Below are positions 11,992 through 25,200 of a stretch of 64,000 nt of DNA, one piece after another. The stretch comes from Lepidodermella squamata (taxonomy: Eukaryota; Animalia; Gastrotricha). The notes under the pieces are model-generated. The model saw nothing but the letters and a program-made list of their open reading frames with translations, was not told the DNA's origin and searched no databases. Position numbers and translations under genes: made by a program. The DNA lies in NCBI GenBank assembly GCA_047495785.1, contig JBLDXI010000001.1, positions 3,782,001-3,846,000 of the forward strand. Direction: 5' to 3'. Position 1 is the first letter of the stretch; the number at the start of each line of letters is the position of its first letter.

Positions 11992-14046
11992 TCACTTGCT
12001 GCTGTCAATAATTTGCTGAATCTGGGCGTCGGCTGTTGGCGCCGAAAATAGCGTGAATAGAGTTAGGCCTAAAATCATGGCGCCAAACATCCAAAAGCAG
12101 AGGCGATCAACGACTGAAGCGGCAAATTTCCATTCTTCACACACGTCAGACTCTTCGTCTGCTTCTTCCATTTTCTTCGTGATAGTTCTGCAAATAAGCC
12201 GTAAAAGTACTAAAAATCTTCACAGATTAGACCTTACCGAAGTTCGCGAACGATTTGCCGCATTCGCCAGCGAACATCATCGGCTGGTGATGATGAAGCG
12301 TGAACTTGGCTGCTGTCATTATCGGGCTGTAAATAGGCCGAACTTAGCATAGGTTCGGTACCCATGGCCAAATCTCCCCGTACTATGACCGTTGGCCGAC
12401 GTTTCATGCTCTCATCCTCTTCTGGCTCCTAAAAATTCGCTGAAATGAGAGGGAATATTTTTACTCAGGAACATTACCGGACGTTTCATGCGTAAAACAT
12501 TAGCCAAATGACCATTGATCCAAACTCGAATCTAAAAAAAGTTGATTAAAAGAGAAAATTTCGAAAATGCATAGCAAACCCATCGTGGGAAAGAGCTTGT
12601 TGAGGGTGTTCGGAAGTGAAGATTCAGGACCATGATAGTGCTGACGACCGAAACTGATAGCAACATGGTACTACAGGCGAAATAGAGTCCCAATAATGGG
12701 ATCGCATCACTGGTAGCTGGTAACTGTCCCATGACGAGTAGCAAGAACACGCAAATCGAAAGCAAAATTGTGACGCCTATTAAATGTATTTTGACCTAAA
12801 AATTGAATTCAAAAATCGAAATAACTTACAAAGTGTGACTTTTTCGCCAGATTCGACTGGTAGAGTGAACGTGAGCAAAGCAATAATCGAGATCTGAAAA
12901 CACTTTCGTAACTTTGCGGCTAAATAAATAATTTTTTTAGCTTACAAGAACAGTTGGCAAAACCAAGTTGAAAAGGTAGAAAAGAGGTCGGCGAGAGATG
13001 ATGATGTAAAAAGTTGCATCGACATACAACTCGTCGCAACATTCGTACTTTTCTACGTTTCGAATAGCTGGAGCTCCTATCGAGAAAAAAATTGTACTGT
13101 AATTTTCAGCTATTTTTTGATGATTTTTTTTCTAACCTTCTAATTGCCACTCGCCGTTAGGTATATAGGACATATCATCAGCGTGATCAAGTGGCAAACT
13201 TAGATTGATACGAGCCATGTCGTAAGTCCAAGAACTGAATTTCAGCTTGCAGCGTTGAACATCAAATGGGAAATATTTGATGTAAATCGAGCTGAAATAA
13301 ATTATATCAACCCGGGTGATTTTGTCTCAAATGTCGGATTACCAAGTTGAGAAAAAGATTCCGGGTGGGGTCCATTTAATTTCTCCCGTTGAAAATACCT
13401 CAGCGTTAACTTTGAAAGTTGGATCAAAATTAGCATTAGCCGAATTATACCTATAATTTGAAATAAAATTCCTCAAAATATTTGGATATGAAAAAAACGA
13501 TCCTTACAGCAATATATCAGGCCGCCAAATGTTGTCGTATGGCACTATAGAAAAATTAAGTTAAATTTCGAAAAATTGCGAGAAATATTTTTGTTACCAA
13601 TAACACGAGATATGTTGTTATATTCAGCTGGGTTCCACATGAGTCGATAGTCCATCCAGGCCTGAAATTATTTTAAAAATAATTTTAAAATGAAAAATAG
13701 GGAACTTTACCAAGCTGAGCCATAGATTGCTTTGAATAATCTGCAACTTTTCATCCTATAATTAAAAAATAATTGCGCTAAAATAGACCGCTTCAGTACA
13801 ACTTACAACATCGATGACCTGTCGAAGGTAAATTGAGAACAGGACATTAACCGTATCGGACTCGTTTTTAGCCGGCCTTTCATTTTTAACGTAATCTTTG
13901 AATATCCTGCTTATCAGATTCGCTTCCATCAAAGACGCGGTAATTCCTTGGAAAAAAATTGTTAATTTTGTTAATTTTTTGGCGATTATTTTAGGCTAAC
14001 CTCTAACGAAAGCCAACCCCGTCAGCAGGGTGACTAGTAGGTTCAT
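11992..14046 (-). CDS. Nicotinic acetylcholine receptor alpha subunit (alpha7/alpha9-like), many short introns
   Basis: Spliced translation gives signal peptide MNLLVTLLTGLAFVRG, IWRPDILLYNSA, Cys-loop C..YFPFDVQRC, WTYD, vicinal cysteines YECC, RRPLFY, GEKVTL (cation-type M2 entry) and EWKFAASVVDRLC before TM4. About a dozen ~50-60-nt introns; mostly missed by the ORF track. Confidence 0.93.
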
Positions 14047-15967
14047 GATCGGCTGGCTATAATCGTTAATATAAATTAGGATGGTACAGGAAATAAATAA
14101 TTAATGTCCAACCTTAGACCGCACTGTCTCGCTCGAGTATGCGATGATGCTTAGTCTACTGGGCGCGCGTGTAATAATGCTGTGTAAACAAGCAGTTGAA
14201 AAACGCGCGCGTTTCATCGAGGCGCGCAGTTATTAATACCTATGCCTCATACCTGCCTGCGCGAACTAGTAGCAGCAGCATGATCGCCGTATATACTTTC
14301 GGTTATTTGTCGCATGAAAAGCAGCATCAGCGAACATGACATGAAGAGATGTGACCAAGCGTATACGCTGACATGACGGTATCTTGAATGCGACGCGCTC
14401 AATATTCCACATTGTCAACCGCGCACGCGGCTATTTGTCATCGTGGCCTTTATACAAAAGCCAGCAGCAGTTTCATCGTCGGCAAAGCCGCGCCGCTTGT
14501 TGAGGGCCAGCCCATCATCTTCGCGAAGGCAACATGCGCGTAGAGAGGTGCCCTTTTTATTTGGCCTTTTCAAGACATGCCTTGATCACATAAGCGCGTA
14601 GTATAGTTGTTCTTTGAAAAACCAAAAACAAATATAGTGGCCTAGTGTGAAAGACAAATGCTAGTGACAACCCAGTTCTATTTGCGCCGACAGATGGGTT
14701 TCGAAAGTAATTGAGAGCCTTCGCGTCGCATGAAAGTCGCATAAGTGTTGTCCTTGATTTCGACAGAGATCGCTTCCAGAAAATGCATTTAGAGCGAGTC
14801 ACTCACTCGAGTTTTAGTGAATAAATCTCGGAAAATTCTGAATCAATGGCCTAAACGAGAGCTAATTTTGATTTCGTAAAATCTCATTTTTTCTGGCTGA
14901 ATTTCAGGACAAATGAGCAATTCAAATTTGTTCTAAACATGCCCATCTAACTGAAGTCAATGCGCTCTTTCTTTTGCGCTTCTTTCCGGCGAAAAATACT
15001 GCCGAATAAAAAAGTTGGCAATTTTTTACTTGGGCGCACACCTGCGAAGAAGTGCAACCATTATTCGTAAAAAAATCTGTTTCTCATACTTCAGATGTCA
15101 TTTGAAAGGCGGGACTCTGGACTATCTTCTACATTTTGAACGGTATTTTTATCCACCAGGGTTGAGGAGAAACGCGCGCTTAAAGTCAAAAGTGTCCGAA
15201 ATTACCCCGTCCGAAAAAGGACCGCGTCACAGTATAAAAATTAGCTATTCTATTTCACCAATCAACTCTCGGCGTCTAGTCTCCGATTTCCCAGTCGACG
15301 GAACCCAGGAGCAGCTATTTTTTGTGATGATCACGTTACGAGCTAGCTACAATTAAAAATGGAATTTCGCAATGAAAAAAAGGTTCTTCCCCGAGTGGAT
15401 GGATTGCGTCGGAGATCAGAGGTGATCAGAGGTGCCAGCTTCTACAATTTATTGGTTTTGCTGAAAGATATTCCGTTAATTTGGAACTTAAGGACCTTAT
15501 TATTTTTATTAGTATTTATTCTATAAAAAATCCACACAAAATTCTATACAAATAAAAGCAGAATCTTCGACTATGGGGGTGGGTGAGATCTTCGCCCTTT
15601 TCAAAACTGGAAACGGTATCCGATGTCTAGTCCAGACGAGGAAAAATAAAACTATTATTATTTGTATTATTTTAATTCGCTTCATCTAATTATTATTTTA
15701 TTATTTCTAATTGCTATTTTATTATTGTGTTCGTAACACGTGGAACCACCAGCTTCAGAAAACAATCAAATCACCGGCGAGGTCACCGAAAAAGGTCAAA
15801 AATAGTGACCAATATAAACCGGCACGCGCTGAATCGTCACAATTTCGCGCCAGACTAACACGTGGCGGCAATATTTTGGCTACAAAATAGCGATTTACAG
15901 CATACGAAATCATCATTAATTCAACTTTCAATTTTATTCGAACACATTTTTATACTCATATTTACTC

Positions 15968-17041
15968 ATGCTTGCCTTGTTGCTTGTCCTCGTTGGGGTT
16001 TCCAACCTCCAGCTTGCAGGTTGGAATTTTTCGATGATTTTATGCCATTTTTCGCATGAATTTTTCCTAAATTTAGAATCGAGTTTCCGCCCCGACCCTC
16101 CATCAGCGACCTTCTCGACCGACATGCGAATTGTTGCCTTTGAGTCAGCGGCTCACCCGGGCGTCTTCCTGCGCATGGATTGTCACGGCATCAAGGACGG
16201 TTGCGGCGGAACTGTCAACGGCCAGCTGGGCAAGCCCGCGGCCTACGAACGCTTCGTCATCCTGCCGACCCGCGACAACCCGGACACGTTCCTCATCGGC
16301 TCGGCTCACTTCGTCGGCAAGTACCTGAGCACGTTCTGCGAAAGCTCCTTCCTCTGGACGCTGATGCCGAACCATCTGCGATGCTGCGGCAAGGGCAGCA
16401 CCTACGAACGGTTCCAGGCCATCGACAATGAAGACGGCACGATTTCGCTTCGATCGACCTACTTCGGCAGCTTGGCCCTGTTGGAAATCTGGGACATGGA
16501 GAAGATCAAGAACGAAACTCACGACTACGGCTTCGGCAAGAGCACGTGTGGCCACTACGATTTCCGCGACAACCACAAGTTCATCGTCCATGAACTGTCT
16601 GCACCGAAGCCAGGCAGCCAGTCGAACGACCGAGCTGCTGTAGCTCAAGAGCCGGATCACGCCTGCCTGTACCCGTCCGACAGCTGGGAGACCATCGCTA
16701 CCTGCGACAACCGAGATGGCACCGAGCCCAAGACCTGCGACTACAAGATTCAGGTCGGAACTCATTCGAAGAGCGCCAGCAAAGGTCGCGAGGTTAAGAA
16801 AGCTTTCGTCAAAAAGCTGGCTAAGACTTCAGTTACTGGCTTCAAATGGGCGTCGGCGCCTGGTGGTGTCTTCGAGAAGGCTGAGACTTTTGAAGAAACT
16901 GTTGAGGCTGATCCGGCGACTCTGCTTGTCATCCAGCAAATCGTCGGCAGGTGTGGCGATGTCGAAATCAGGCTGCGCAAGACTAGGAAGTTGGTCGATA
17001 CCGATGAAGTAGACAAGAACAACAAGATTAAAGCTGAATAA
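15968..17041 (+). CDS. Secreted protein: fascin-like beta-trefoil plus putative aerolysin-like C-terminal domain
   Basis: Signal-peptide exon 15968-16019 (MLALLLVLVGVSNLQLA), a 57-nt GT-AG intron (16020-16076), then three repeats (VAFESAAHPGVFLRM..YERF / FLIGSAHFVGKYL..YERF / ISLRSTYFG..KF) and a beta-rich C-terminal domain (WETIATCDN..TCDYKIQVG..TGFKW..VIQQIVGRCG). Confidence 0.6.
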   Translation: MLALLLVLVGVSNLQLAGWNFSMILCHFSHEFFLNLESSFRPDPPSATFSTDMRIVAFESAAHPGVFLRMDCHGIKDGCGGTVNGQLGKPAAYERFVILPTRDNPDTFLIGSAHFVGKYLSTFCESSFLWTLMPNHLRCCGKGSTYERFQAIDNEDGTISLRSTYFGSLALLEIWDMEKIKNETHDYGFGKSTCGHYDFRDNHKFIVHELSAPKPGSQSNDRAAVAQEPDHACLYPSDSWETIATCDNRDGTEPKTCDYKIQVGTHSKSASKGREVKKAFVKKLAKTSVTGFKWASAPGGVFEKAETFEETVEADPATLLVIQQIVGRCGDVEIRLRKTRKLVDTDEVDKNNKIKAE

Positions 17042-19283
17042 CAATTTTTTCATTTTTTACCGGAACATTGAAACTTGTTGGCAAAACTGTTCAAATTTTG
17101 TGACAAATTGTACCTAATTCGTGATGCCGATTCATTTTTACATAATTGACAAAAACGTGAAGATACTAATAAAATGAAAACATGTTTCACCGTTTCTCTT
17201 TTCTCTAATTTGTGGTGATCGGTGATTCGCATCAGCATTCAAGCGTAGCATAAATATAGTAGCAAAGTTTCTCAAATTTTCATGTCACTTGAACCTCTGA
17301 AGCTAAAACTAGGTATGCCATCAAATATTACGACCAGAAATTTCCCAAAGTTCTAGAAAAAAAACACACAATTTTGTGCACAGGGAAAAGACCTGGGCAC
17401 GTGCCACTTGGCAAGGCACGTGCGTCAAAATGACGGGTGGCGCATTGTTTTCAAACGCTAGCTGGCTATTGTAATTCTTAAAAATGCATATAAACTACGT
17501 AATCAAGATGTGACAGTGAAAAAGGGCTAGGCTAAGCGAAGAAACGCTAAGAATCCGGGAGATAAGAAAACTCAGCATATAGTAAAAGTTGTCAACAGCT
17601 ATCGAGTTACCATTTAAATTTATTGTTCCTGAATCCGTCTCATAAATTTCCGATGGAGTCAATTGGCGGTCAAGTTTGGTTTTACATTGAATAAAGTTGA
17701 ACATATTTCTAAACTGCAGAGCTCCGCTGAAACGTTTTCAAACGCTCGAGCTGAATTTCCACGCCACGGTTATTAATCCTGTTTACCCTATTTTACTCTG
17801 TTCCAATGTCCCCGAGCCCTATAATTGTAAGACATTAGACGACATGAATGGACATGAGTGAATTGCAAGAGCCATATTCGGGGCCCCGAAATCACTTGGT
17901 CAGATTTCTCAATTTTACCCGCTTAACTTACATTTCGAATAAATCCATGTGTTGAAAGCGATATGGCGGGGTATGAATAATCTTGAGTGAAAGCTGTCTG
18001 AACCGGACCATTTCGGGTGGTTGTGTCCGAAATTGTGTGTCCGATTTATACGGACTGATCAGAAAGTGTTAGGTGAGCTTTCACTTACCCGTGTTCACCT
18101 TGATTTCTTGTTGCAGCATTCAAAAAATTAAACCACGGGATGGTACGGAGAGATGAAGAGTTGCCAGATTCCAGAGGCGAAGGTTCGAAGATTGGCAATT
18201 GGAAGGGATGGAGAGGTTTTTTTGGACGTTTCATTGCAATCTAATTTTGATCACACTTACAGTATGAAGTATGCCTCCGGTTGTTTCAGTTTTTTACGTG
18301 GGTGCGTTTATATAGGCGAATTTGCCCTGAATTTTTTTATGAGCTTCGAAAGGAACATTTTGGAGGCTTTTGTTAAAACCAAGTTGACTGTTTTCCTCGC
18401 GGCTTCTCACTTTGTGAAATTAGTGATGATCTGATCAGGTGCTTCACCGAGAAGAATCTGGTGTGAACTTATCTTCTTCCAGCTAGCGAAATTAAAAATA
18501 CGGTCGGGAGTCAAAGGTCAAAGGGAAAGGCTCAATTACGAATGGGAAAAGCGTCCGGCTCATATATAAAAAAAGCCTACAGCAAATTAAACCATTTAAT
18601 TAACAATCCACCCTTCTAATTCAATTGATATTTATATGTTTCTGACAAAATTGATATTATTTTAATTTTCGGTCTAGGATACGCGGGAAATATTTGGTTT
18701 GAAGCGGCGCGGGACTTCCGCCGCTATCGGCGCGCCGTTTTCGCTGTACTTGTAGTGCTCGAGTAATCCTCTTGTGGACCAGCGGCGAGTGAGCCGGCAG
18801 TTCAATATCCGTCTGGGGCATTCACTGCTCACTAGGATTTATTTTGCGCTCATTTGATTATTTTGTTGTGCGCTATGCGGATTACGACCACAAATCACGT
18901 TTTCGTGCCTTATCAAGAATCAGACTCATTCGTAGCTATTGGTTTATTTGTGATTTGTGGAGTGCCAATTGAAGCTAATTAACAATTATCCTCCCTCTGT
19001 TGTACTTTTTATCCAATATCTGGATCTGGAAGACAGCTCTTGTAGCTTGTAGTTGAACAAACTTACAACTTTTAACCCCAAATAAGTATTGTAATTCGGC
19101 ATTATCCGTTTCCTAAAAATATATGTTGTATGCTTTTGTAGAGATGATTTCATAAATCTGCCGATATTTTACAATTAATGATGGTTTAATCATATCATCA
19201 ACATGCGAAGACAAAAACCTTACGGAAATTTTGTTTGTTCAATTTCGAATGTCGTGCATTTTTTATTTTCATCTTTCTTGCAG

Positions 19284-22200
19284 ACTGACTCCAAGAAATG
19301 GATCGAGGAGAAGTTTCAGAAGTGCGAATGCATGCAGTTCATGCAGGACCCTTACGATGAAAACAAGTAATGGTCACTGCTGAATGTTTTAAGCTATATT
19401 TTATAGCAATATTTGTGTAGATGCGGCTGTGGTCGAGATAAAGGTGCTCATGATCCTATGCCTTATTGGCCAACAGGATCGTGGTCATGGCGGAAGAATA
19501 CTGTTAGCTTTCCGACGGATTCGTTTGGTACAGTAGAGTTTGGTACGGGTGTTAAAGCTCAGTACATTCGGATGAGCCCAGCTGCGAAATATGATGATGT
19601 TATCCAACTTTTTACCAACGTATGGGGCGTGGAGCCTCCTAAATTGCTAATATCTGTCCACGGTGGCATGACAAACTTCGACTTACAGCCTCGTTTAAAA
19701 CGCGCTTTCCGGCGAAGCTTGCAAAGAATGGCTGCTGTCCCCGGTGTTTGGATTCTCACCACTGGTTTAAACGTTGGTGTTGTGAAACATGTAGGCGATG
19801 CATTAACCGCCGGCGTCTTGAGGCGGCATCGTGCTGTGGTAATCGGCGTTGCGCCTTGGGGCGCCGTCGCAAATCGGCATCGCCTTGCCGTGAAGGACGC
19901 AGACGTCCGTTATTACCCACCCGCCACGGCTCCAGCTGCAACTGTTTTAAACCCTAATCATTCGTTCTTTTTATTAATCGACGATGGTACTGCTGGTAAG
20001 TATGGCGCAGAAGCCAAATGGCGGCGCAATTTTGAGACATCTATCTCATCTTCCACTACTGGACAAAATGTGCCTCTCGTTGCCCTCCTCGTTGAAGGTG
20101 GAGCAAACTGCATCCGTGTCGCTGTGGATTACCTGACCGAATCTAAACCTGTTGTTATTGTCGAAGGCTCGGGCCGAGCTGCTGATATTTTATCATTCGC
20201 TTATCGACAAATGGAAGCAGACTCAACAATTAATCTGTCATCGTCTGGAGTTTTGGGCGAAAATGAAGTCGCTATATTAAGCGCAATTCAGCGAGCTTTC
20301 GGCGTTTCGACAAATCGCAACCGAATGACGTTAAATGAAGTTATTCTTTGCACTAAACGACGCGAATTAATCGCGGTTTGGCACCCACCAGACGTTGCAA
20401 CCACTCCAGCCATAGTTGCTCCTGCTTCTGAAGAGCTAGATCTATGCGTTTTGAGCGCTTTACTGCGCGCTCAACGCCGTTCCGCACCTGATCAGTTGCG
20501 TTTAGCTTTAGCATGGAATCGAGTCGATTTGGCGATGAATCAAATTTTTATTGACGGTCAATTTTGGCCCGATGGTGTGAGTTGATTATATAGATGCATT
20601 GTCTCCATATTTTAAGTTTAATCAAATAATCACACAGGCGCTGAATGACGCGATGATGGAAGCTCTACTAATGGATCGCGTTGAATTCGTTAAATTGCTA
20701 CTCGATCACGGCGTGAATATGGCCGAATTGTTGACTAGCAACCGGCTCGAGCAGCTGTATAATATCGTAAGCTTCTCGATATACCCCAATATTGACATTT
20801 TTCGCCGTACTCATTCACTGTATAAGAGTGCAGTATTCCTATTCTAATTATTTAATGTGGTAACATTGCGTGTATCTCGACCGCGTCCGTCATTTTATCT
20901 ATCGATCTGGGCTGTTTTATGCTAGGGAAAAGCATCTAAATTTTAAATAAGGTGTTTAGGCTGCGACTCTAAGCCTAGGAGAGCGCTGCTTGTTTATCTT
21001 TGAGTTGTTTGTGGTCGGGCAGGAGAGAGAGCGCGCGCGGCAAATAATGTGATAAAATAAATGGCCTAATTACAGGGTTTCTTGTCGCTATACTTACATT
21101 TGCCGTCTATTTCGGATACAGAAACACTCTGACACATGGCTGTTGCGCCACATCGCGCGCATTTTGATAAACCGGCAAAACAACATGCGGATTTCGCTGA
21201 CTGACATTGGCAACATTGTGGACTCGCTCATGGGCTTCGGATACCGCTCGTCTTATCACCAAAAGTCGTCGACAAAGGTTAGAGAAAAACCACACTTGAG
21301 TAAATAAACATCAAATTCATATGAAAAAAACATGAAGGTTCATCCAAAGTTGGAGGTAGGTTCTCACTTCATTGCTTATTGTTGAGGCGAAGAAAATTGT
21401 AAAAAAATGTTGTGAAATGCAGTTGATTAGAACGCTTTCAGAGCCGCTGACTAATTTGTTGTTGCCGCATCACGCCGAGTCTCACGTTGGTGGTTTGATA
21501 ACGAAAAAGCACCCTGAATGTTGACACGATTTGAAAAAAAATCAACAAATATTTCGATTACAAATTGCCTATGCAAGATTGTGAATTGATCGTGACTTGA
21601 CAGAAATTGAGATGCGATTGGCGCGAAAATTTGACTACATGTCTAACCAAGAAGAACGGGAAAAATGTTTAATAACCAACAAAAATTATCATATAAACTA
21701 ACAAATTTTATGTCAAATTCTCGGTTACTAACTAAAATGTCCCTGTTTTATTTAGAGATGGAGTCGTGCTTGGGGAACCGTAATTTTCCAATGCCAATAT
21801 AGTTTTTGTTATTTTCTTTCGCAATTACCGAAAATTTGAATTTTCAGTTCTGATATTTGCTCTTTTTTGCAAAATATGTTCACAATTTTTCATTTTCTAT
21901 TTCGGGTGGCGCTTGGAATAATAATCGAAATTCTCAATTTCTGCTCTTGACTAACGATCGTTTACTCTCTGAAAAAATCCCATTAGAACTGAATGCTAAA
22001 GCTTGCATGATTCTGATTTTACAAGTTCCGTTTCCTCATCTAATTGGATGTTTTCTCCTATCCGCAGGCTATGGAGATGACTCAAGCAAGTTCAGGCAAT
22101 CCTATTTCCGAATCTGAGAGATTTCGCCACCCATTCTCTGACCTTCTGATATGGGCAGTTTTAATGCGGCGGCAAAACATGGCTCGGCTGATGTGGGGCT

Positions 22201-25200
22201 TGGGCGAAGAAGCCCTAGCGAAGGCTTTAGTCGCTTGCCGTCTCTATCGGTCACTCGCGAGTTTTCTAACCGGTGATGTGACCTCGGAAACAATCGATCA
22301 GCTGAAAGAATACGCACAGGAATTTGCGGATTTAGCCGTTGAGCTGCTAGAACGTTGCCATCGGTTGGACGAAGTTACAGCGCAGCAGTTGTTGACGTAT
22401 GAACTGCACAATTTCTCGGATAAGACGTGCCTTAGTTTAGCCGTAACGGCTCAACACAAGCAATTTGTCGCTCATCCATGCTGTCAAAATCTCCTGAGTG
22501 TCCTCTGGATGGGTGGTCTTCGGACAAGATCTTCGCGGCCGTGGAAGGTTAGATTTCAATAACAATATTTCCCGTGAATTTCATATGCCAAAAGACATGA
22601 AACCTTGGAAACTGAAATTGAGCCGAATTATGAATTATAATTTGGAAATTGTAAGAAATTGTAACTAAGATTTTTTCTTGTTTCTTTCGATGAAGAGAAA
22701 ACGGTTAGGAAAAGCTAGGCGGTAAAAACTGTAATAGGTAGAAATATGGAAGATTTTGCTCTCAAGTTCAAGTTTAGGGTCAATCTCGAGCCAGCTGAAA
22801 AATTTAAATTTTGCTATAAGTATTGGATTTTCTTGTGTTGTGTTCGCGTCGGGGTTAATTTTGTTCGCATTAAATAAACAATATTAACCTAATTTTTTTC
22901 ATAATTTCTAGATCCTTTTGGGCATTCTCATACCGCCCTACGCGTTGTTTGGCCTCGATTATTTGACGCAAGAAGAATTGCGACTTCAACCACAAACCGA
23001 GCAAGAACTTGAAGAACAACGCTTGCAAGAAGGCAGTCACGGAAATACGGGCGACGTATCTCCAACTGCGTTCTATTTCGACGACAATGCCCCTTTGGGC
23101 GTTTCAAACCGATTCGGCCGGTTGCTACACCGCGAAACCGGCCTAGGCCCGGAAGCTTCGTTTCGCCACCGGCCAACTAATCGGAATTCGGCCAACATTG
23201 AACTCGGCACATCTCTCGCTGTTACCGGGTATGAACGAGGCGCGAAGTTCCCTATAAATCGCGATCCGGCGTCAGAATCGCCTTTGGAGCCGTCTCCAAC
23301 GCAAACTCAGGCCCTGAACCCACCGCCGTTGCAATCGCAAATCTCACAGTCGCCGTTTGGCCGGTCGCGGTTCTCGATTATGGCTGATCTGGAGAGCGAT
23401 TCTGGCCGGCCGCTGAATTTCAAAACGCGATTCGACGAATTTTACAACGCGCCTGTGACGAAATTTTGGCTCCACACGGTAAGACTTCAATTAAATAAAA
23501 AAATGACAATCTAGATGAGGCTATCGTGTTTACGAATTGGGACTTCTGTAGGACAATATTTTCGAAGGAAATTCAAATGTTAGTTTTGGAAGTTCTATAG
23601 CGTCCCTTGTTGACCAGCGGGAATATTGATAGGATTATCATTTTCGCGGTCTAAATTTGTTAGTATCGGCCAAATTTTCGATTGAATTTAGAAAGTTCGG
23701 ATAATTTTCTTTCGGAGACAGTAGACAATTCCACATTCCACGCGTCATTTCTGTATCGCATAACTCGGGAAAATTGCAATTTCAATTTTAATAAGCTCCG
23801 AAAGCCCGGAATATTTTTAATAATTTTAATTAACTTCGTAAACTCTGAAAAATGAACGGCTATTTTAGCTGAGCTCAGAAAAGTCAGAAACAAATACTCA
23901 AAATCAATTTTTTTTACTAAAAAGGGGTTATCGGGCTCCATTTAGCGCCCGAAAAAGATTCCATCGGAGCCTACAAAACGGAACCTTCAATGATGAAAGA
24001 CGTATTGCGCTAATCGGGAACGTTGGTTATTTGAAAGTTTTCAAAGCCTAATATCTTGGAGACTTGGATTTTTCAATTTTAAAGGGATCAGAATGCGATA
24101 TTTTACTAAAAATTGACTTAAATAATGATTTAATACTTGATTTATTTCTTGATTTACTCTATAGATTGGCTATTTTATGTTCATCTGCTGTTTTGCCTAT
24201 ACAATTCTAACGGAACAAGACCTGTACCGAGCCCAATGGCCCGAAATTTGGATTACCGCGTACGTGACCACGCTTTTCGCCGACAAACTTCGCGAAATGC
24301 TGTCAATCGACGCGCACGGCATCGCCGCCCGACTAACCATATACTTCGTCGATTTGTGGAACATATTCGACGCAATCGCTATCGTACTGTTTTTCACCGG
24401 CTTATCGTTAAGGTGGATACCGCCCCTCTTCGAAATGGGCCGGGCTATGTGGATAGTCGCGATTGTTTTCTTCCTGATCCACACCTTCGACATATTTCAA
24501 GCGCACGAAGACCTCGCGACTTACATCACGATTTTACACAAAATGTTGAAGAGAATGATCAGTTTTCTCGTAATTTTGGGCGTTGTAGTCGCAACGTACG
24601 GCATCGTGCTACAGGCAACTCGTTTCCCGTATCGGGCGCCGGATTGGTCGATTTTGAAAGACATTTGGGTTGAGTCTTACTTCAATCTATACGGCGAGGT
24701 GTATCACGAGTACATCAATACCGGCAAATGCAGTGAAGACCGAAATTCAACGTCAGATGAATACCCGCCATGTTGGTGCTGTTCATGGCTAGGTCCATTG
24801 TTCCAAACCGTGTATTTGATAGTCGCAAATATTTTGATGTTGAATCTGCTAATCGCGGTGTTTAACAACGTTTTCGAACGGGTTAATCGCGTTTCTCAGA
24901 CGCTGACGAAATTCCAGCGATATCGGTTGATTGTCGACTATCAAATGCTGCCAGTTTTACCGCCGCCTTTCATTGCCCTGTCGCATTTCTACGCGATTTG
25001 TCGGGCGATAAGTCGCCGTTGCCGGGGACGCTCTTACGTTGCTAAGGACCCTGGTCTGCTGAAATTGGTCCTCAGCGAGGCGGATGAGAATCAGTTGCAT
25101 GATTTTGAGGAACAGGCCAGGGATGAGATAATGGAGGCGAGGGAGGCGCAGGCGAAACAAAACTCCGATGAGCAGATACGAGCGACTTCCGAACGAACCG

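Noticed and set aside
14557-15480. Short ORFs suggesting a transposon remnant (also ~17500-18500 and ~44900-45900)
   Set aside because: No transposase or RT motifs, TIRs or TSDs could be identified by eye.
16145-16765. 206-aa antisense ORF
   Set aside because: Shadow ORF caused by the C/G-ending codon bias of the sense gene.
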